64,000 bases of DNA from an uncultured delta proteobacterium (GCA_963724765.1 CAVRVY010000004.1:864001-928000), one strand, 5' to 3'; counted from the first letter of the stretch, positions 39,347 through 51,238 are shown. Notes: a model not told the origin generated them from the letters alone. Translations and numbers: made by a program.

Positions 39347-40174
39347 CTAGCGTCCTTTGAACGTGGGCTGGCGCTTTTCCATGAACGCTTTGACCGCGTC
39401 CTTGTGATCTTCGGTGCGTCCAGTGAGCGTCTGGCCGACCGCTTCGCGATCGAGCAGCGTCCGAAGATCGGCGGTGAGCGCGGCGTTGATGTTGGCCTTC
39501 ATGTAGCCGTAAGCAATCGCCGGCCCCGAGGCGATTCGTTTCGCCAGCGCGCCGGCCTCGGCCATCAGAGACGCCGCCGGCACCACGCGGTTTACCAGCC
39601 CCAGCGCGAGCGCCTGGTTGGCCTCGATCGGATCGGCAAGAAAATAGAATTCCTTGGCGCGTGCCGGTCCGACCAGCCGCGTCATCAGCCAGGTGCCGCC
39701 GAAGTCGCCGGAAAATCCCACACGTGCGAAGGCGGTGACGAGCCGCGCCGAGTCGGCGGCAATCCGCAGGTCGCAAGCGAGCGCGATACCGAGGCCGGCG
39801 CCAGCCGCCGCTCCATTGATCGCCGCGATCGTCGGTTTGGGCAGTTCGTGGAGCAAGAGGCTCACGTCCTCGGCGCGGCGCAGCCCCGCTATCCGCTGCT
39901 CGACGGTCTGCTCGCCAGTCTTGCCGGAGCCGCCGCCCTCGTTGCGATCGCGCATCCGGCTCACGTCGCCACCCGAGCAGAAGCCGCGGCCTGCGCCGCT
40001 CAGCACGACGCATCGCACCTCGGTGTCGTGCGCCGCGCGGCTGAGCTGTTCGAGCAACCCGGCGATCATCTGATCGCTCAGCGCATTGAGCTTGTCGGGC
40101 TGATTGAGGGTCAGGTTGAGCACGCCGTCATGGCGCTCAGCGATCAGATGTTCGGTAGTCTGTTCGGGACTCAT
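39347..40174 (-). CDS. Enoyl-CoA hydratase/isomerase (PaaG-like)
   Basis: PDKLNAL, FCSGGD, AAGAG..IALACDLR, EKRQPTFKGR; GGAGG 9 nt before ATG 40174. Confidence 0.92.
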   Translation of the reverse strand: MSPEQTTEHLIAERHDGVLNLTLNQPDKLNALSDQMIAGLLEQLSRAAHDTEVRCVVLSGAGRGFCSGGDVSRMRDRNEGGGSGKTGEQTVEQRIAGLRRAEDVSLLLHELPKPTIAAINGAAAGAGLGIALACDLRIAADSARLVTAFARVGFSGDFGGTWLMTRLVGPARAKEFYFLADPIEANQALALGLVNRVVPAASLMAEAGALAKRIASGPAIAYGYMKANINAALTADLRTLLDREAVGQTLTGRTEDHKDAVKAFMEKRQPTFKGR

Positions 40175-40264
40175 CGGGGGCATCCTCCAAAAAAAATTTG
40201 CACAGAGGTCTGCTCGACCGGCCATGCGCCGCGCGCGGCGCGCAACGATCGTTCAGTTCTCGTA

Positions 40265-41137
40265 TTACTTCAGGCGGGCCAGGCGGTCGAGCGCGGCCGC
40301 GACCGCCTGCGTCCCGTCGAGGTCATGGCCGAGCGCGGCCGCCGCATTGAACATCGATTGCATCAGCGCGAGGCCCGGTAGCGCGAGGCCGCTCTCGCGC
40401 GCGGCGTCGCCGACCAGGCGCAGGTCCTTGCGGATGAGCTTGATGAAAAAGCCAGGGCGCCAATCGTGCGCGATTATCTTGGGACCCAGGTTGGCGAGTT
40501 GCCATGAGCCGGCCGCGCCCGCGCCGATCGCCTCGAGCACACGCGCGCGGTCCAAACCACCGCTCTCGGCCAACGCCAGCGCTTCGGCCGCCGCCTCGAG
40601 CGCCAACGCAACCGCGATCTGATTGGCGAGCTTGGTCATCTGGCCCGCGCCCGGCGGCCCCATGTGGGTGACGCGCCGGCCGAGCTTCTCGAACAATGGG
40701 ATCGCGCTCTTGTAGGCCGGCTCGGCGCCGCCCACCATGATCGTGAGCGTGCCTTCGATAGCGCCGCCTTCGCCGCCTGAGACGGGAGCGTCGAGGTAAG
40801 CGACGCCGGCCTTCGCCAGGCGCTCCGCGATCGCGCGCTCGGCGGCCGGCGCGACGGTGCTCATGTCGATCACCAGTTGGCCCTTGTGCAGTGCCGGTTC
40901 GATTCGCGCCACGACGCTTTCGACGTCGGGCGTGTCAGGCACCATGATGAAGACCGCGTCGGCGCCACCGGCCGCCGCGGCCGGGTCAGCCGCGACAGTG
41001 ATTTCGGATCCTTCGGCGGCGAGGGCCACGGCTCTTTTGGCCGTTCGGTTATGCAGACGCAGGCGATGCCCCGCGCGCATCAGGTTGCGCGCCATCGGCG
41101 CACCCATGATCCCGGTTCCAATCCACGCGATTTCCAT
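40265..41137 (-). CDS. Beta-hydroxyacid dehydrogenase (3-hydroxyisobutyrate DH / tartronate semialdehyde reductase family)
   Basis: IGTGIMG, DMST, DAPVSGG, KLANQ, KDL. Confidence 0.9.
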   Translation of the reverse strand: MEIAWIGTGIMGAPMARNLMRAGHRLRLHNRTAKRAVALAAEGSEITVAADPAAAAGGADAVFIMVPDTPDVESVVARIEPALHKGQLVIDMSTVAPAAERAIAERLAKAGVAYLDAPVSGGEGGAIEGTLTIMVGGAEPAYKSAIPLFEKLGRRVTHMGPPGAGQMTKLANQIAVALALEAAAEALALAESGGLDRARVLEAIGAGAAGSWQLANLGPKIIAHDWRPGFFIKLIRKDLRLVGDAARESGLALPGLALMQSMFNAAAALGHDLDGTQAVAAALDRLARLK

Positions 41138-41170
41138 CGATGTCGACTCCCTTCCTGGCAACGCAAGATG

Positions 41171-41653
41171 CTAGGCCGCCTTCGAGATCGGACCGCTCTT
41201 GCGCCAGGAAAATCCGCCGGGCGCAATCGCGCTCATCGCGGCCACCGGCACCCAGAGGGTGAAGATGACGCCGAGCGCGATCGAGTGCCACAACCAGAAA
41301 AGCCCATACAGAAGGAAGGCGGCGGTGAGGATCAGATGGAGCGTCACGCGCGCGTCGCTCACGCCCGGCAGCCTGGGCGCGAAGAGCTTCGAAACGAGCA
41401 CCGCCTGCCCGCCGCAATGCCAGGTCGCGTAATGCCGGCATCGGCGGCACATCGCGAGACTCATATCGAGCCAGTTGACCGCAAACAGCCCGGCGAGAAC
41501 GAAGAACGGCACCGCGCCGCCGCCCAGCGCCGCCTCGCGCAGCGCGAGCAGCGTGAAGAGGACGCAGCCGCCCACTGCGACCAGCCGATAGAATTGGCGC
41601 GTTTGGGCGAAGTAGATGAACGGTTCGAAAGGACCGGGGTTTACTCTGGACAT
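41171..41653 (-). CDS. Hypothetical four-TM membrane protein with Cys/His cluster
   Basis: Hydrophobic helices flanking CRRCRHY..WHC. Confidence 0.65.
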   Translation of the reverse strand: MSRVNPGPFEPFIYFAQTRQFYRLVAVGGCVLFTLLALREAALGGGAVPFFVLAGLFAVNWLDMSLAMCRRCRHYATWHCGGQAVLVSKLFAPRLPGVSDARVTLHLILTAAFLLYGLFWLWHSIALGVIFTLWVPVAAMSAIAPGGFSWRKSGPISKAA

Positions 41654-41761
41654 GGTGAGTGACCGCGCGAGGCTTAATCTACTCGACGGCGCAGCGTGCG
41701 CAAAGCGCGCGCGCGTCACTGGCATGAGCGCCGACATCAAAGGCGCGCGCGACGGATGATG

Positions 41762-41797
41762 AAAAAAAGGGCCGGACGCTCCGAGCGTCCGGCCCTT
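41762..41797 (-). terminator. Rho-independent terminator of hppA
   Basis: GGGCCGGACGCT/AGCGTCCGGCCC perfect stem followed by T7 on minus strand. Confidence 0.88.
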
Positions 41798-41821
41798 GGT
41801 ATTGCGCAATAGCCGCGGAGA

Positions 41822-44098
41822 CTACGCAGCCGCCTTGGCCTGGCCCGTCTGGCCCTGCTCTTCCGCGATCGATCCGCGCTTGGAGAGCGCCACCGCGATC
41901 GCGAGCATCACGACCGAGAACACGGTAATCGCGACCCTGCTCCAGCTGAAGCCAACCTCGATCGAAGTGAACGGCGCGGCAAGGATGCCGACCAGGTTCA
42001 TCACCTTGATCATCGGGTTGAGCGCCGGACCGGCGGTGTCCTTGAAGGGATCGCCGACGGTGTCGCCCACGACGGTCGCTTTGTGGACCTCGGTGCCCTT
42101 GCCGCCAAGGAAGCCGTCCTCGACTTTCTTCTTAGCGTTGTCCCAGTTGGCGCCGGCGTTGGCCATAAAGACCGCGAGCAGTTGTCCGGTCACGATAGTG
42201 CCGGCGAGAAATCCGCCGAGCGCGCCCGCGTCCAATCCGAAACCGACCATCAGCGGCGCGAACACCGCGAGGATACCGGGGCCGAGCAACTCTTTCTGCG
42301 CGCTCGCGGTGACGATATCGACGCATCGCGCGTAGTCGGGCTTCTCCTTGTACTCCATGATTCCCGGATGCTCGCGGAACTGGCGGCGCACCTCGAAAAC
42401 CACCTGGTAAGCCGCACGGCTCACGGCCTTAATCGCGAACGCGCTGAACAGGAAGGGCACCGCTCCGCCGATCATCAGGCCGACGAACACGGTCGGCATG
42501 TTGACCTGGACGCCGAGCAGCCCGATGTGGGCTTCGTCGATGAATGAGCGGAACAGCGAAACCGCCGCGATGACCGCGGTGGCAATCGCGAGCCCCTTGG
42601 TCAGCGCCTTGGTGGTATTGCCGATCGCGTCCATCCACGACAGCGTGCGCGAGGCCTCTTCCTGATGGATACCGCCCATCTCGAAGATGCCGTGGGCGTT
42701 GTCAGTGATCGGTCCGTAAGTATCCATCGCAAGGATGAAGCCGGTGGTGGTCAGCAGCCCCAGGCCGGTAAGCGCAATGCCATAGAACTGCAGCGCCAGC
42801 GAGCCACGGAAGATGACCATCGCGCCGATGATGCACAACACGATAACCACCAGCGCCCACACCGAAGACTCCAGCCCCTCGGCCATGCCGGACAGGATGA
42901 GCGTCGCCGGGCCGGTGCGCGCCGCGTAGGCGGTCTCGGTGACCGGGCCGCGATCGGGATGCGTAAAGTAGTTGGTCAGCCACAGGGTGACGATGGCGAG
43001 AATGATGCCGAGCGTGGCGCACCAGGCGAAGCGCCAGTCGGGCGCTCCGGTTCGAGGATCTTCGAGGTAGAGCCAGTTGACGATGAAAAAGCCGACCACC
43101 GAGGCGATGGCCGAAGTCAGGTAGCCGATGTTGATCGGGCGCATCGGATCGCGCATCTCGCCCGGCGGCACGCGCACCGCGATGATGCCGAGGATCGAGG
43201 AAAACACGCCGACCGCGCGCAGGATGAGCGCGAAGACAATGAGCTTCATCGCGAACATGCCGGCCATCGCACCGTACAGGTCGATGAAATCCTTTTCGCT
43301 CAGCGCATAGGCCGCGAGGATGATCGCCGCGACCAAGGTGACTTCGTACGACTCGAACACGTCGGCCGCCATCCCGGCGCAGTCGCCGACGTTGTCGCCG
43401 ACGTTGTCTGCGATCGTTGCGGCGTTGCGCGGATCGTCCTCGGGGATTCCTGCCTCCACCTTGCCGACCAGGTCGCCGCCGACGTCAGCCGCCTTGGTAT
43501 AGATGCCGCCGCCCACGCGCATGAAGAGCGCGGCCAGCGAGCCGCCGAAGCCGAACCCAATCAGCACCTTCATCGCGTTTTCCTGGAAGACCAGGAAGAT
43601 GATGGTCGCGCCGAGCAATCCAAAGCCGACCGTGAACATGCCCGAGACGCCGCCGGCCTTGAACGCGATCTCCATCGCGTCTTTAAAGCTGGTGAGCGCG
43701 GCGTTGGCGCTGCGCACGTTGCCCTTGACCGCCAGCTTCATCCCGACCAGTCCCGCGCCATAGGAGGCGCTGACGCCCATCAGGAAGGCGATCGCGATTC
43801 CGATCGCCAGCGTCAGGTTGTCCGGATAAACACGGCGGTACATAAAAAAGAGCGCGAGCGCGATCACGATGACGAACCAGATCATCGTTTTGACCTGGCG
43901 TCTCATGTAGGCCATCGCGCCTTCCTCGACCGCGTCGGCGACGTCGGTCATCGACTTGGCGCCGGGGCTGGCGGCAAGCACAGTCCGCGCCAGCGACCAG
44001 CCGTAGAGCAGTGCGACCAGCGCGGAGGCCAGCACCGCCCATAGGATAATCAACTGGTTGCCGGTCAGGTGCGGCAGAACAATATTAGCTTCGCTCAT
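41822..44098 (-). CDS. hppA: Membrane-bound pyrophosphatase, K+-independent type
   Basis: KAADVGGDLVGKVE, DNVGDNVGD, GNTTKA (Lys determinant of K+ independence). Confidence 0.95.
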   Translation of the reverse strand: MSEANIVLPHLTGNQLIILWAVLASALVALLYGWSLARTVLAASPGAKSMTDVADAVEEGAMAYMRRQVKTMIWFVIVIALALFFMYRRVYPDNLTLAIGIAIAFLMGVSASYGAGLVGMKLAVKGNVRSANAALTSFKDAMEIAFKAGGVSGMFTVGFGLLGATIIFLVFQENAMKVLIGFGFGGSLAALFMRVGGGIYTKAADVGGDLVGKVEAGIPEDDPRNAATIADNVGDNVGDCAGMAADVFESYEVTLVAAIILAAYALSEKDFIDLYGAMAGMFAMKLIVFALILRAVGVFSSILGIIAVRVPPGEMRDPMRPINIGYLTSAIASVVGFFIVNWLYLEDPRTGAPDWRFAWCATLGIILAIVTLWLTNYFTHPDRGPVTETAYAARTGPATLILSGMAEGLESSVWALVVIVLCIIGAMVIFRGSLALQFYGIALTGLGLLTTTGFILAMDTYGPITDNAHGIFEMGGIHQEEASRTLSWMDAIGNTTKALTKGLAIATAVIAAVSLFRSFIDEAHIGLLGVQVNMPTVFVGLMIGGAVPFLFSAFAIKAVSRAAYQVVFEVRRQFREHPGIMEYKEKPDYARCVDIVTASAQKELLGPGILAVFAPLMVGFGLDAGALGGFLAGTIVTGQLLAVFMANAGANWDNAKKKVEDGFLGGKGTEVHKATVVGDTVGDPFKDTAGPALNPMIKVMNLVGILAAPFTSIEVGFSWSRVAITVFSVVMLAIAVALSKRGSIAEEQGQTGQAKAAA

Positions 44099-44404
44099 CT
44101 GAGTCTGGATCTCCTGAAATTTGACACTTCTTCGCCGAGGCCCGGCTCAAAAAGACCGGTTGCAAATGGCTCTTTATCTGAGGAGCAGCAGCCTACGGCG
44201 CATAGTTACTTGGGTCAACCGAGGAAGTCTAGGGATTCTACGGCTTTATGTCCAGCCGTCGCAGCTCCGGTTTCCGTCACCCCGTAGATCGTCAGGCCGT
44301 CACAATCGCCACGGGTCTGATGTGCTCCATTTTGCCACAGCTTTCTGTTGGCGCGCGATTGATTGTGCCGTGCGGGGTATGTTTAGTTAAATGTTCCACC
44401 AACT

Positions 44405-45727
44405 ATGAATGTCAATCTTGAGAGCCCTTCGGCGCTTCGGCGCAAACTGACCATCGAACTCGAACCGGCCGAGATCAAGACCGAACTCGACCGCGCTTAC
44501 AATGACCTGCGCCGCAACGTGGTGCTCAAGGGCTTCCGCCCCGGTCACGCGCCACGCACGATGCTCGAGCGCCTGTTCGGCGACCGAGTCCGCGGCGAGA
44601 TCGTGCAGAAGCTGATCAAGGAATATACTGACAAGGCGCTGGAAGAGCAGAACTTGAAGCCCCTGCTGGCGCCGGAGATCGTCACCGAGGAAAGCGACCT
44701 CGCCAAGGCGCTGCGCTTCAGCGCGACCTTCGATCTGCGCCCCGAAATAGTGGTGCGCGACTACCAGGGCCTGCGCGTGCCGCGGCCGCAAGTCCAGGTC
44801 AGCGACGAAGAAGTGCAGAAGATGCTCGAGGAGCTGCGCGAGCGCTCGGCCACGCTCAAGAAGGTCGAAGAACGCACGCGGGTCGAGCGCGGCGACCTGG
44901 TGCTGGCGGAAATCGAGGGCCACGTCGACGGCAAGCCGCTGGAAGGTGCGAAAATCGGCCAGCGCATCCTCGAAGTTTCCCCCGAGCGCCTCGCCCATGG
45001 GCTCGACGAGGTGCTGGCTGGGGCCGAAGTCGGGCATCCGGCGCACGCGACGCGCAGCTACGCGGCCGACTACGCCGAGAAAGACCTCGCCGGAAAAAGC
45101 GTCGAGTGGCGCGCGGCGGTCAAGGAAATCTACATCAAGGTGCTGCCGGCGCTCGACGACGAATTCGCCAAGGACCTGGGCGACGTCGCCTCGCTCGACG
45201 AGTTGCGCGCCAAGGTGCGCGAGCAGCTGATGCAACGTGCGAGCGAGGAGGCCGACATGCGCGCGCGCCAGGGACTGCTCGACCTTGTGATCGAGCGTAA
45301 CCCGGTCGAAGTGCCGCAGTCGCTCGACGATCGCGAGCGCGAGCTGATGGAATCCGAGATGACCGGCGCGCTGATCGGTGCGGGGATGCCGCGAGAGGCG
45401 GCGGCCGAGCGGGTGCGCAACAGCGCGGAGGAAATTCACACGCGGGCGCACAAGCGGGCACTCAGCTCACTCATCGTCGACGCGATCGCCGAGCAGGAAA
45501 AAATCGAAGTAAGCGACGACGAGCTGGCCGCACGGGTCGCGCAGATCGTGACCCGCAGCTCCGGACGCGAGCGTGACCACGTGGCCGAGCACTACCGCAG
45601 CGAGGAGCATCGCGCGCTGCTCAAGCAGTCAATGCGGCGCGAGAAAACGCTCGACGCTTTGCTCGAGCGCGCGCAGTCGGAAACCGGGGACGCGGCCGGC
45701 GAGGCGCCCTCGGACGCACAGGCGTAG
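44405..45727 (+). CDS. tig: Trigger factor
   Basis: KGFRPGHAP ribosome-binding motif, LPALDDEFAK; upstream of clpP. Confidence 0.95.
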   Translation: MNVNLESPSALRRKLTIELEPAEIKTELDRAYNDLRRNVVLKGFRPGHAPRTMLERLFGDRVRGEIVQKLIKEYTDKALEEQNLKPLLAPEIVTEESDLAKALRFSATFDLRPEIVVRDYQGLRVPRPQVQVSDEEVQKMLEELRERSATLKKVEERTRVERGDLVLAEIEGHVDGKPLEGAKIGQRILEVSPERLAHGLDEVLAGAEVGHPAHATRSYAADYAEKDLAGKSVEWRAAVKEIYIKVLPALDDEFAKDLGDVASLDELRAKVREQLMQRASEEADMRARQGLLDLVIERNPVEVPQSLDDRERELMESEMTGALIGAGMPREAAAERVRNSAEEIHTRAHKRALSSLIVDAIAEQEKIEVSDDELAARVAQIVTRSSGRERDHVAEHYRSEEHRALLKQSMRREKTLDALLERAQSETGDAAGEAPSDAQA

Positions 45728-45834
45728 CGGCACGCCGCAGATTTCAGGTTGCCGCGCTATCTCAAACTGGATAGAATTTTACGTGGGGTGCCTGCACGGA
45801 GAAATCATCGCCGGCCGCGCCGAGCCGGGGTCTT

Positions 45835-46431
45835 ATGAGCAGCCTGATTCCGATGGTCGTCGAACAGACTGGCCGCGGCGAGCGTGCCTACGATATATAC
45901 TCTCGCCTGCTCAAAGACCGCATCGTTTTTCTCGGCACTGAAGTCAATGACGACGTCGCCAACCTGGTGACCGCGCAGTTTCTATTCCTGGAGTCCGAGG
46001 ACCCGGAAAAAGAGATCAGCTTCTACATCAACTCGCCGGGCGGCTCGGTCACGGCGGGCCTGGCGATTTACGACACCATGCAGTTCATCAAGCCTCCCGT
46101 TTCCACGCTATGCCTGGGACAGGCGGCGAGCATGGGTGCGGTGCTGCTGACGGCCGGCCACAAGGGACGGCGGTACGCGCTGCCGCACTCAAGAATTATG
46201 ATTCATCAGCCGCTCGGCGGCGCGCAGGGTCAGGCGGTCGACCTCGAGATCCAGGCGCGCGAAATTTTGCGCATGCGCGAAGAGCTCAACAACATCTTTG
46301 TGCGCCATTCCGGGCAGAAGCTGGGCAAGATCGAGAAGGACACGGACCGCGACATGTTCATGTCACCCGAGCAGGCGGTTGAATACGGACTGATCGATGA
46401 GGTAATCGTTAGGCGGGGGTCCTCCAAGTGA
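45835..46431 (+). CDS. clpP: ATP-dependent Clp protease proteolytic subunit
   Basis: [29 protein letters not shown]. Confidence 0.98.
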   Translation: MSSLIPMVVEQTGRGERAYDIYSRLLKDRIVFLGTEVNDDVANLVTAQFLFLESEDPEKEISFYINSPGGSVTAGLAIYDTMQFIKPPVSTLCLGQAASMGAVLLTAGHKGRRYALPHSRIMIHQPLGGAQGQAVDLEIQAREILRMREELNNIFVRHSGQKLGKIEKDTDRDMFMSPEQAVEYGLIDEVIVRRGSSK

Positions 46432-46450
46432 AGGGCGGTGGGAGGCATTA

Positions 46451-47701
46451 ATGGCCAAGCATGACGACCGCTCGGGCAACCTGGTCTGCTCGTTCTGTGG
46501 CAAGAGCCAGGATGAAGTCCGCAAGCTGATTGCGGGCCCGACGGTTTATATCTGCGACGAGTGCATCGACCTCTGCAACGACATCATCGCGGAGGAGACC
46601 GATAGCGAAGAGGCCTTCAGCCAGACCTCGGCGGTGCCCAAGCCGGCCGAGATCAAGCGCGTACTCGACCAGTACGTGATCGGCCAGGAGCGGGCCAAGA
46701 AGATCCTCTCGGTCGCGGTGCACAACCACTACAAACGCATCGACTCCCAGATGGTGACCGGCGAGGTCGAGCTGCAGAAGTCCAACATCCTGCTGATCGG
46801 CCCGACCGGTGTGGGCAAGACCCTGCTGGCGCAGACGCTCGCGCGTTTCCTGCAGGTGCCCTTCACCATCGCGGATGCGACCTCGCTGACCGAGGCCGGC
46901 TACGTCGGCGAAGACGTCGAGAACATCATCCTGTCGCTGCTGCAAAACGCCGACTACGACATCGAGCGCTGCCAGCGCGGCATCGTCTACATCGATGAAA
47001 TCGACAAGATCGCGCGCAAGGGCGACAATCCCTCGATTACGCGCGACGTCTCGGGCGAGGGCGTGCAGCAGGCGCTGCTCAAGATCGTCGAAGGCACGAT
47101 GGCGAGCGTGCCGCCCAAGGGCGGCCGCAAGCATCCGCAGCAGGAATTCCTGCAGGTCGACACCACCAATATCCTGTTCATCTGCGGCGGCGCCTTCGTG
47201 GGCCTCGACGACATCATCCGGCGGCGTATCGCGGGCAAGACGATGGGCTTTCGGGCCGACCTCTCCCATCGCGATCCCAAGACGGTCTCCGAGCTGCTCA
47301 ACGAAGTGCAGCCCGAGGATCTGCTCAAGTTCGGGCTGATCCCGGAATTCGTCGGACGCCTGCCGGTAATCGCGACGCTCGGCGAACTCGACGAGGACGC
47401 GCTGGTGCGGATTCTGACCGAGCCCAAGAACGCGCTAGTGCGCCAGTATCAGAAATTGTTCGACATGGAGAACGTCCACCTTAAATTCACCCAGGGGGCG
47501 CTGCGCGCGATCGCGCGCGAGGCGCTCAAGCGCAAGTCGGGCGCCCGCGGCCTGCGTGCTATAATGGAAGCCATCATGGTGGACCTGATGTACGAGATTC
47601 CCTCACAGCCCAACATCAAGGAGGTTCTGATTTCCGAGGAGGTGGTCACACAGAAGGAACAGCCGTTGCTGGTTTACCAGAAAACCGCCGAAACCGCCTG
47701 A
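46451..47701 (+). CDS. clpX: Clp protease ATP-binding subunit
   Basis: CSFCGK Zn finger, [21 protein letters not shown]. Confidence 0.98.
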   Translation: MAKHDDRSGNLVCSFCGKSQDEVRKLIAGPTVYICDECIDLCNDIIAEETDSEEAFSQTSAVPKPAEIKRVLDQYVIGQERAKKILSVAVHNHYKRIDSQMVTGEVELQKSNILLIGPTGVGKTLLAQTLARFLQVPFTIADATSLTEAGYVGEDVENIILSLLQNADYDIERCQRGIVYIDEIDKIARKGDNPSITRDVSGEGVQQALLKIVEGTMASVPPKGGRKHPQQEFLQVDTTNILFICGGAFVGLDDIIRRRIAGKTMGFRADLSHRDPKTVSELLNEVQPEDLLKFGLIPEFVGRLPVIATLGELDEDALVRILTEPKNALVRQYQKLFDMENVHLKFTQGALRAIAREALKRKSGARGLRAIMEAIMVDLMYEIPSQPNIKEVLISEEVVTQKEQPLLVYQKTAETA

Positions 47702-47723
47702 ACATCTCAGGAATTGATAACCG

Positions 47724-50216
47724 ATGCTTTTTCGCAATGACAAGGACAAGAACGACAAGAAAGACGGCCGCGACGCGCAGAGCGATACAGTTCCGCTTCT
47801 GCCCTTGCGCGAGTTGATCGTTTTCCCGCACCAGGTTTACCCGATCTTCGTCGGCCGCCAGAAGTCAATCAAGGCGCTGGAAGCCGCCGAGGCGCGCAAG
47901 CAGCCGATCTTGCTGGTCGCACAAAAGGACGCCAAGGTCTCCGACCCGGGCCCGCAGGACATCTACGCCACCGGCACGCTGGGCGTGGTGGTGCAGTTGC
48001 TGCGCCTGCCCGACGGCACCGTCAAGGCGCTGCTCGAAGGCAAGCGCCGCGCGCGTATCGTGCGCTACGCCACCGAGGAGGAATATTTCCAGGTCGAAGT
48101 CGAGCCGATCGAAGAGGTCTACGATCGCACGACCGAGGTCGAGGCGCTGATCCGTTCGGTCAACGCGACCTTCGACAACTACGTACGCCTGAACAAGAAG
48201 ATCCCGCCCGAGATGGTCACCTCGATCGCTGCGGTCGACGATCCCGCCTACCTGGCCGACAAGCTGGTCGAACATCTGGGCATCAAGCTCGAGGACAAGC
48301 AGGCGCTGCTCGAATGCGCCAATCCGGCCGAGCGGCTGGAGAAGATTCTCGGTTACATGCGCTCCGAACTCGAAATCCTGGAGGTCGAAAAACGCATCCG
48401 CTCCCGGGTCAAGAAGCAGATGGAAAAGACCCAGAAGGAGTACTACCTCAACGAGCAGATGCGGGCGATTCAGAAGGAATTGGGCGAGAAAGACGAATTC
48501 AAGAACGAGATCCAGGAGCTCGAAGAGAAGCTGCGCCAGAAAAAGATGCCGGCCGAGGCTCGCGAGAAATGCGAGCGCGAAATCAAAAAGCTCAAGATGA
48601 TGTCGCCGATGTCGGCCGAGGCGACCGTGGTGCGCAACTACCTCGACTGGTTCCTGGCCCTGCCCTGGTTCGAGTACACAGAGGACAAGCTCGACATCAA
48701 GGAAGCCGAGCGCATCCTCGAGGAGGACCACTACGGGCTGGAAAAGGTCAAGCAGCGCATCCTCGAATACCTCGCGGTGCAGACCCTGGTGGGCCAGATG
48801 AAGGGTCCCATCTTGTGCCTGGTCGGGCCGCCAGGTGTGGGCAAGACTTCGCTCGGAAAATCGATCGCGCGCGCCACCGGGCGCAAGTTCGTGCGCGTCT
48901 CGTTGGGCGGAGTGCGTGACGAGGCGGAGGTCCGCGGCCATCGCCGAACCTATATTGGCGCGCTGCCCGGCAAGATCATCCAATCGATGCGCAAGGCGAG
49001 CTCGGGTAACCCCGTGATGTTGCTCGACGAGGTCGACAAGATGTCGACCGACTTCCGCGGCGACCCGTCCTCGGCGCTGCTCGAAGTGCTTGATCCCGAG
49101 CAGAACTGCACCTTCAACGATCATTATCTCGATTGTGACTACGACCTGGCCAAGGTGATGTTCGTCACCACCGCCAACACGCTCGAGCGCATCCCGCGCC
49201 CTTTGCAGGACCGGATGGAAATCATCCGTATCCCGGGCTACACCGAGACCGAGAAGCTCAATATCGCCAAGCGCTACCTGGTGCGAAAACAGCGCGAGGC
49301 CAACGGGCTGAAGGAGGAGAACATCGAGTTCTCCGACCAGGCGATTCTGCAAATCATCCGGCTCTACACGCGCGAGGCCGGAGTGCGCAACCTGGAACGT
49401 GAGATCGCCTCGATTTGCCGCAAGGTCGCGGTCGAGGTGGTCAAGACAGACCGTAGCGCGCACGTCCGCGTCTCGGCTTCCAGCCTGGCCAAGCAGCTCG
49501 GCCCGCCGCGCTTCCGTTACGGGATGGCCGAGACCGAGCCGCAGGTCGGCATGGCAACGGGTCTCGCGTGGACCGAGATGGGCGGCGAGTTGCTTGGGGT
49601 CGAGGTCACCATCGTGCCAGGCCGCGGCAAGCTGACCGTGACCGGGCAACTGGGCGAAGTGATGCAGGAGAGCGCGCATGCGGCGCTGTCGTACATCCGC
49701 TCACGCGCTGACACGCTGGGACTGGCGTCCAGCTTCTACCAGAAGATCGATATCCACATCCACATTCCTGAAGGCGCGACGCCCAAGGACGGCCCCTCAG
49801 CCGGCATCACCCTGGCGACGGCGCTGGCCTCGGCGCTGTGCCGCGTACCGGTGCGCAACGATCTGGCGATGACCGGCGAAATCACGCTGCGTGGACGCGT
49901 ACTGCCGATCGGCGGGCTCAAGGAAAAAATCCTCGCGGCTCATCGCGGCGGCGTCAAGACCGTGCTCATCCCCAAGGAAAACGCCAAGGATGTGGACGAT
50001 ATCCCGGCGCCAATTCTGAAAAACGTGACGCTCATCCAGGTCGAGCACATGGACGAGGTGCTACGCCACGCCCTGGTGCTATCGGACCCGGAGGCGTTCT
50101 TCAAGGTCAAGCCGGCCGCCATTGACTACCGCACGGCGGCCGAGAGCAAGGAAGAGCTGGTGGATGACGAGGCGGAGGACGACTCCACTATCCCCTCGCC
50201 CACCAATTTGTCCTGA
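47724..50216 (+). CDS. lon: Lon protease
   Basis: [26 protein letters not shown] catalytic Ser. Confidence 0.98.
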   Translation: MLFRNDKDKNDKKDGRDAQSDTVPLLPLRELIVFPHQVYPIFVGRQKSIKALEAAEARKQPILLVAQKDAKVSDPGPQDIYATGTLGVVVQLLRLPDGTVKALLEGKRRARIVRYATEEEYFQVEVEPIEEVYDRTTEVEALIRSVNATFDNYVRLNKKIPPEMVTSIAAVDDPAYLADKLVEHLGIKLEDKQALLECANPAERLEKILGYMRSELEILEVEKRIRSRVKKQMEKTQKEYYLNEQMRAIQKELGEKDEFKNEIQELEEKLRQKKMPAEAREKCEREIKKLKMMSPMSAEATVVRNYLDWFLALPWFEYTEDKLDIKEAERILEEDHYGLEKVKQRILEYLAVQTLVGQMKGPILCLVGPPGVGKTSLGKSIARATGRKFVRVSLGGVRDEAEVRGHRRTYIGALPGKIIQSMRKASSGNPVMLLDEVDKMSTDFRGDPSSALLEVLDPEQNCTFNDHYLDCDYDLAKVMFVTTANTLERIPRPLQDRMEIIRIPGYTETEKLNIAKRYLVRKQREANGLKEENIEFSDQAILQIIRLYTREAGVRNLEREIASICRKVAVEVVKTDRSAHVRVSASSLAKQLGPPRFRYGMAETEPQVGMATGLAWTEMGGELLGVEVTIVPGRGKLTVTGQLGEVMQESAHAALSYIRSRADTLGLASSFYQKIDIHIHIPEGATPKDGPSAGITLATALASALCRVPVRNDLAMTGEITLRGRVLPIGGLKEKILAAHRGGVKTVLIPKENAKDVDDIPAPILKNVTLIQVEHMDEVLRHALVLSDPEAFFKVKPAAIDYRTAAESKEELVDDEAEDDSTIPSPTNLS

Positions 50217-50306
50217 GGCTCGGCAACGGGGGAACCGCGCGCGCACCGCACACGCCGATGGGCGCGCCGTAACAAGCCCAATGGTACGGGGGGCGGGAGG
50301 GACTAA

Positions 50307-50624
50307 ATGACAAAGGCCGAACTAATCGAGGGACTGGCCAATAAGCTCAACCTCAACAAGGCCGAGGCCGAGAAGGCGGTCAACCTCCTACTCGACGACA
50401 TCGTCGCTGCGCTCAAACAAGGTGAGCGGGTCAATATCTCGGGCTTCGGGACGTTTTCGGTTTCTGAGCGGGCTTCGCGGGTAGGGCGCAATCCGAAGAC
50501 CGGCGAAGCGATCCAGATTTCGGCCAGCCGCTCGGCCAAGTTTCGCGCCGGCAAACAGCTCAAGGATTCTCTCAACGACGCCGCTCCCGGCGGCGGCTCG
50601 CAGGCAAGTCCTCCACCGGCCTGA
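50307..50624 (+). CDS. hup: HU family DNA-binding protein
   Basis: MTKAELI, GFGTF, GRNPKTGE. Confidence 0.93.
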   Translation: MTKAELIEGLANKLNLNKAEAEKAVNLLLDDIVAALKQGERVNISGFGTFSVSERASRVGRNPKTGEAIQISASRSAKFRAGKQLKDSLNDAAPGGGSQASPPPA

Positions 50625-50831
50625 ATCCGCCGCGCGGCGGGAGCCCGTTTTGGCGACAGACGCCGCGTCCGCAAAGGCGCGGCGTTCGTTTGTATGGAGG
50701 CGAAGCTTCGAGCGCCGGAGGGTTAGGTTCCTGCAATTATGTGGAGTTCTCTTGATCAACGAAGCTCGAGTGCGATTTGCTTAGATCGACGTCGAGAGAC
50801 TGGGCCGCTTTTTTGATGTATTGAAGCCGAA

Positions 50832-50906
50832 GGGCGGTTAGCTCAGCGGTAGAGCATCGGCCTTACAAGCCGAGGGTCGCAGGTTCGAAACCTGCACCGC
50901 CCACCA
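50832..50906 (+). tRNA. tRNA-Val (anticodon TAC)
   Basis: GGGCGGT acceptor stem, D arm, TCGGC-CTTACAA-GCCGA anticodon arm, GTTCGAA T loop, encoded CCA. Confidence 0.97.
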
Positions 50907-51029
50907 ATGAAATCAAGGCCTTTCTGAGGAACAGAGAGCGCCCATTGAGCGCCGGTGCCATTAGGGTGCCATCTTTACCCGAGTCCCCAGAGGCCACAGC
51001 ATCATCGCGAGTGCCTTGCACGCTGCCGA

Positions 51030-51238
51030 ACACGCGTGCCGAATCCGGCCCACCTGGCGAGTACGCGCTCATCATGGCGACGATCGCGGTCGTGGTCTAC
51101 AGCGCCTACCGTAAGTTGGGCAACAACATCGGTTCGCTCGCCAGTGGCGTCGATTCCGCTCTGGCCAACTCGCAAGCAGGCCGAGCGGCAGCGGCAAATC
51201 ATCGACGAAATTCCCAAGGAGATAGCCAGACCCCGTGA
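51030..51238 (+). pseudogene. Flp/Fap (type IVc) pilin remnant
   Basis: EYALIMATIAVVVYSAYRKLGNNIGSLASGVDSAL pilin helix; leader corrupted (SGPPGEY instead of GxxxxEY); no convincing start. Confidence 0.7.
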
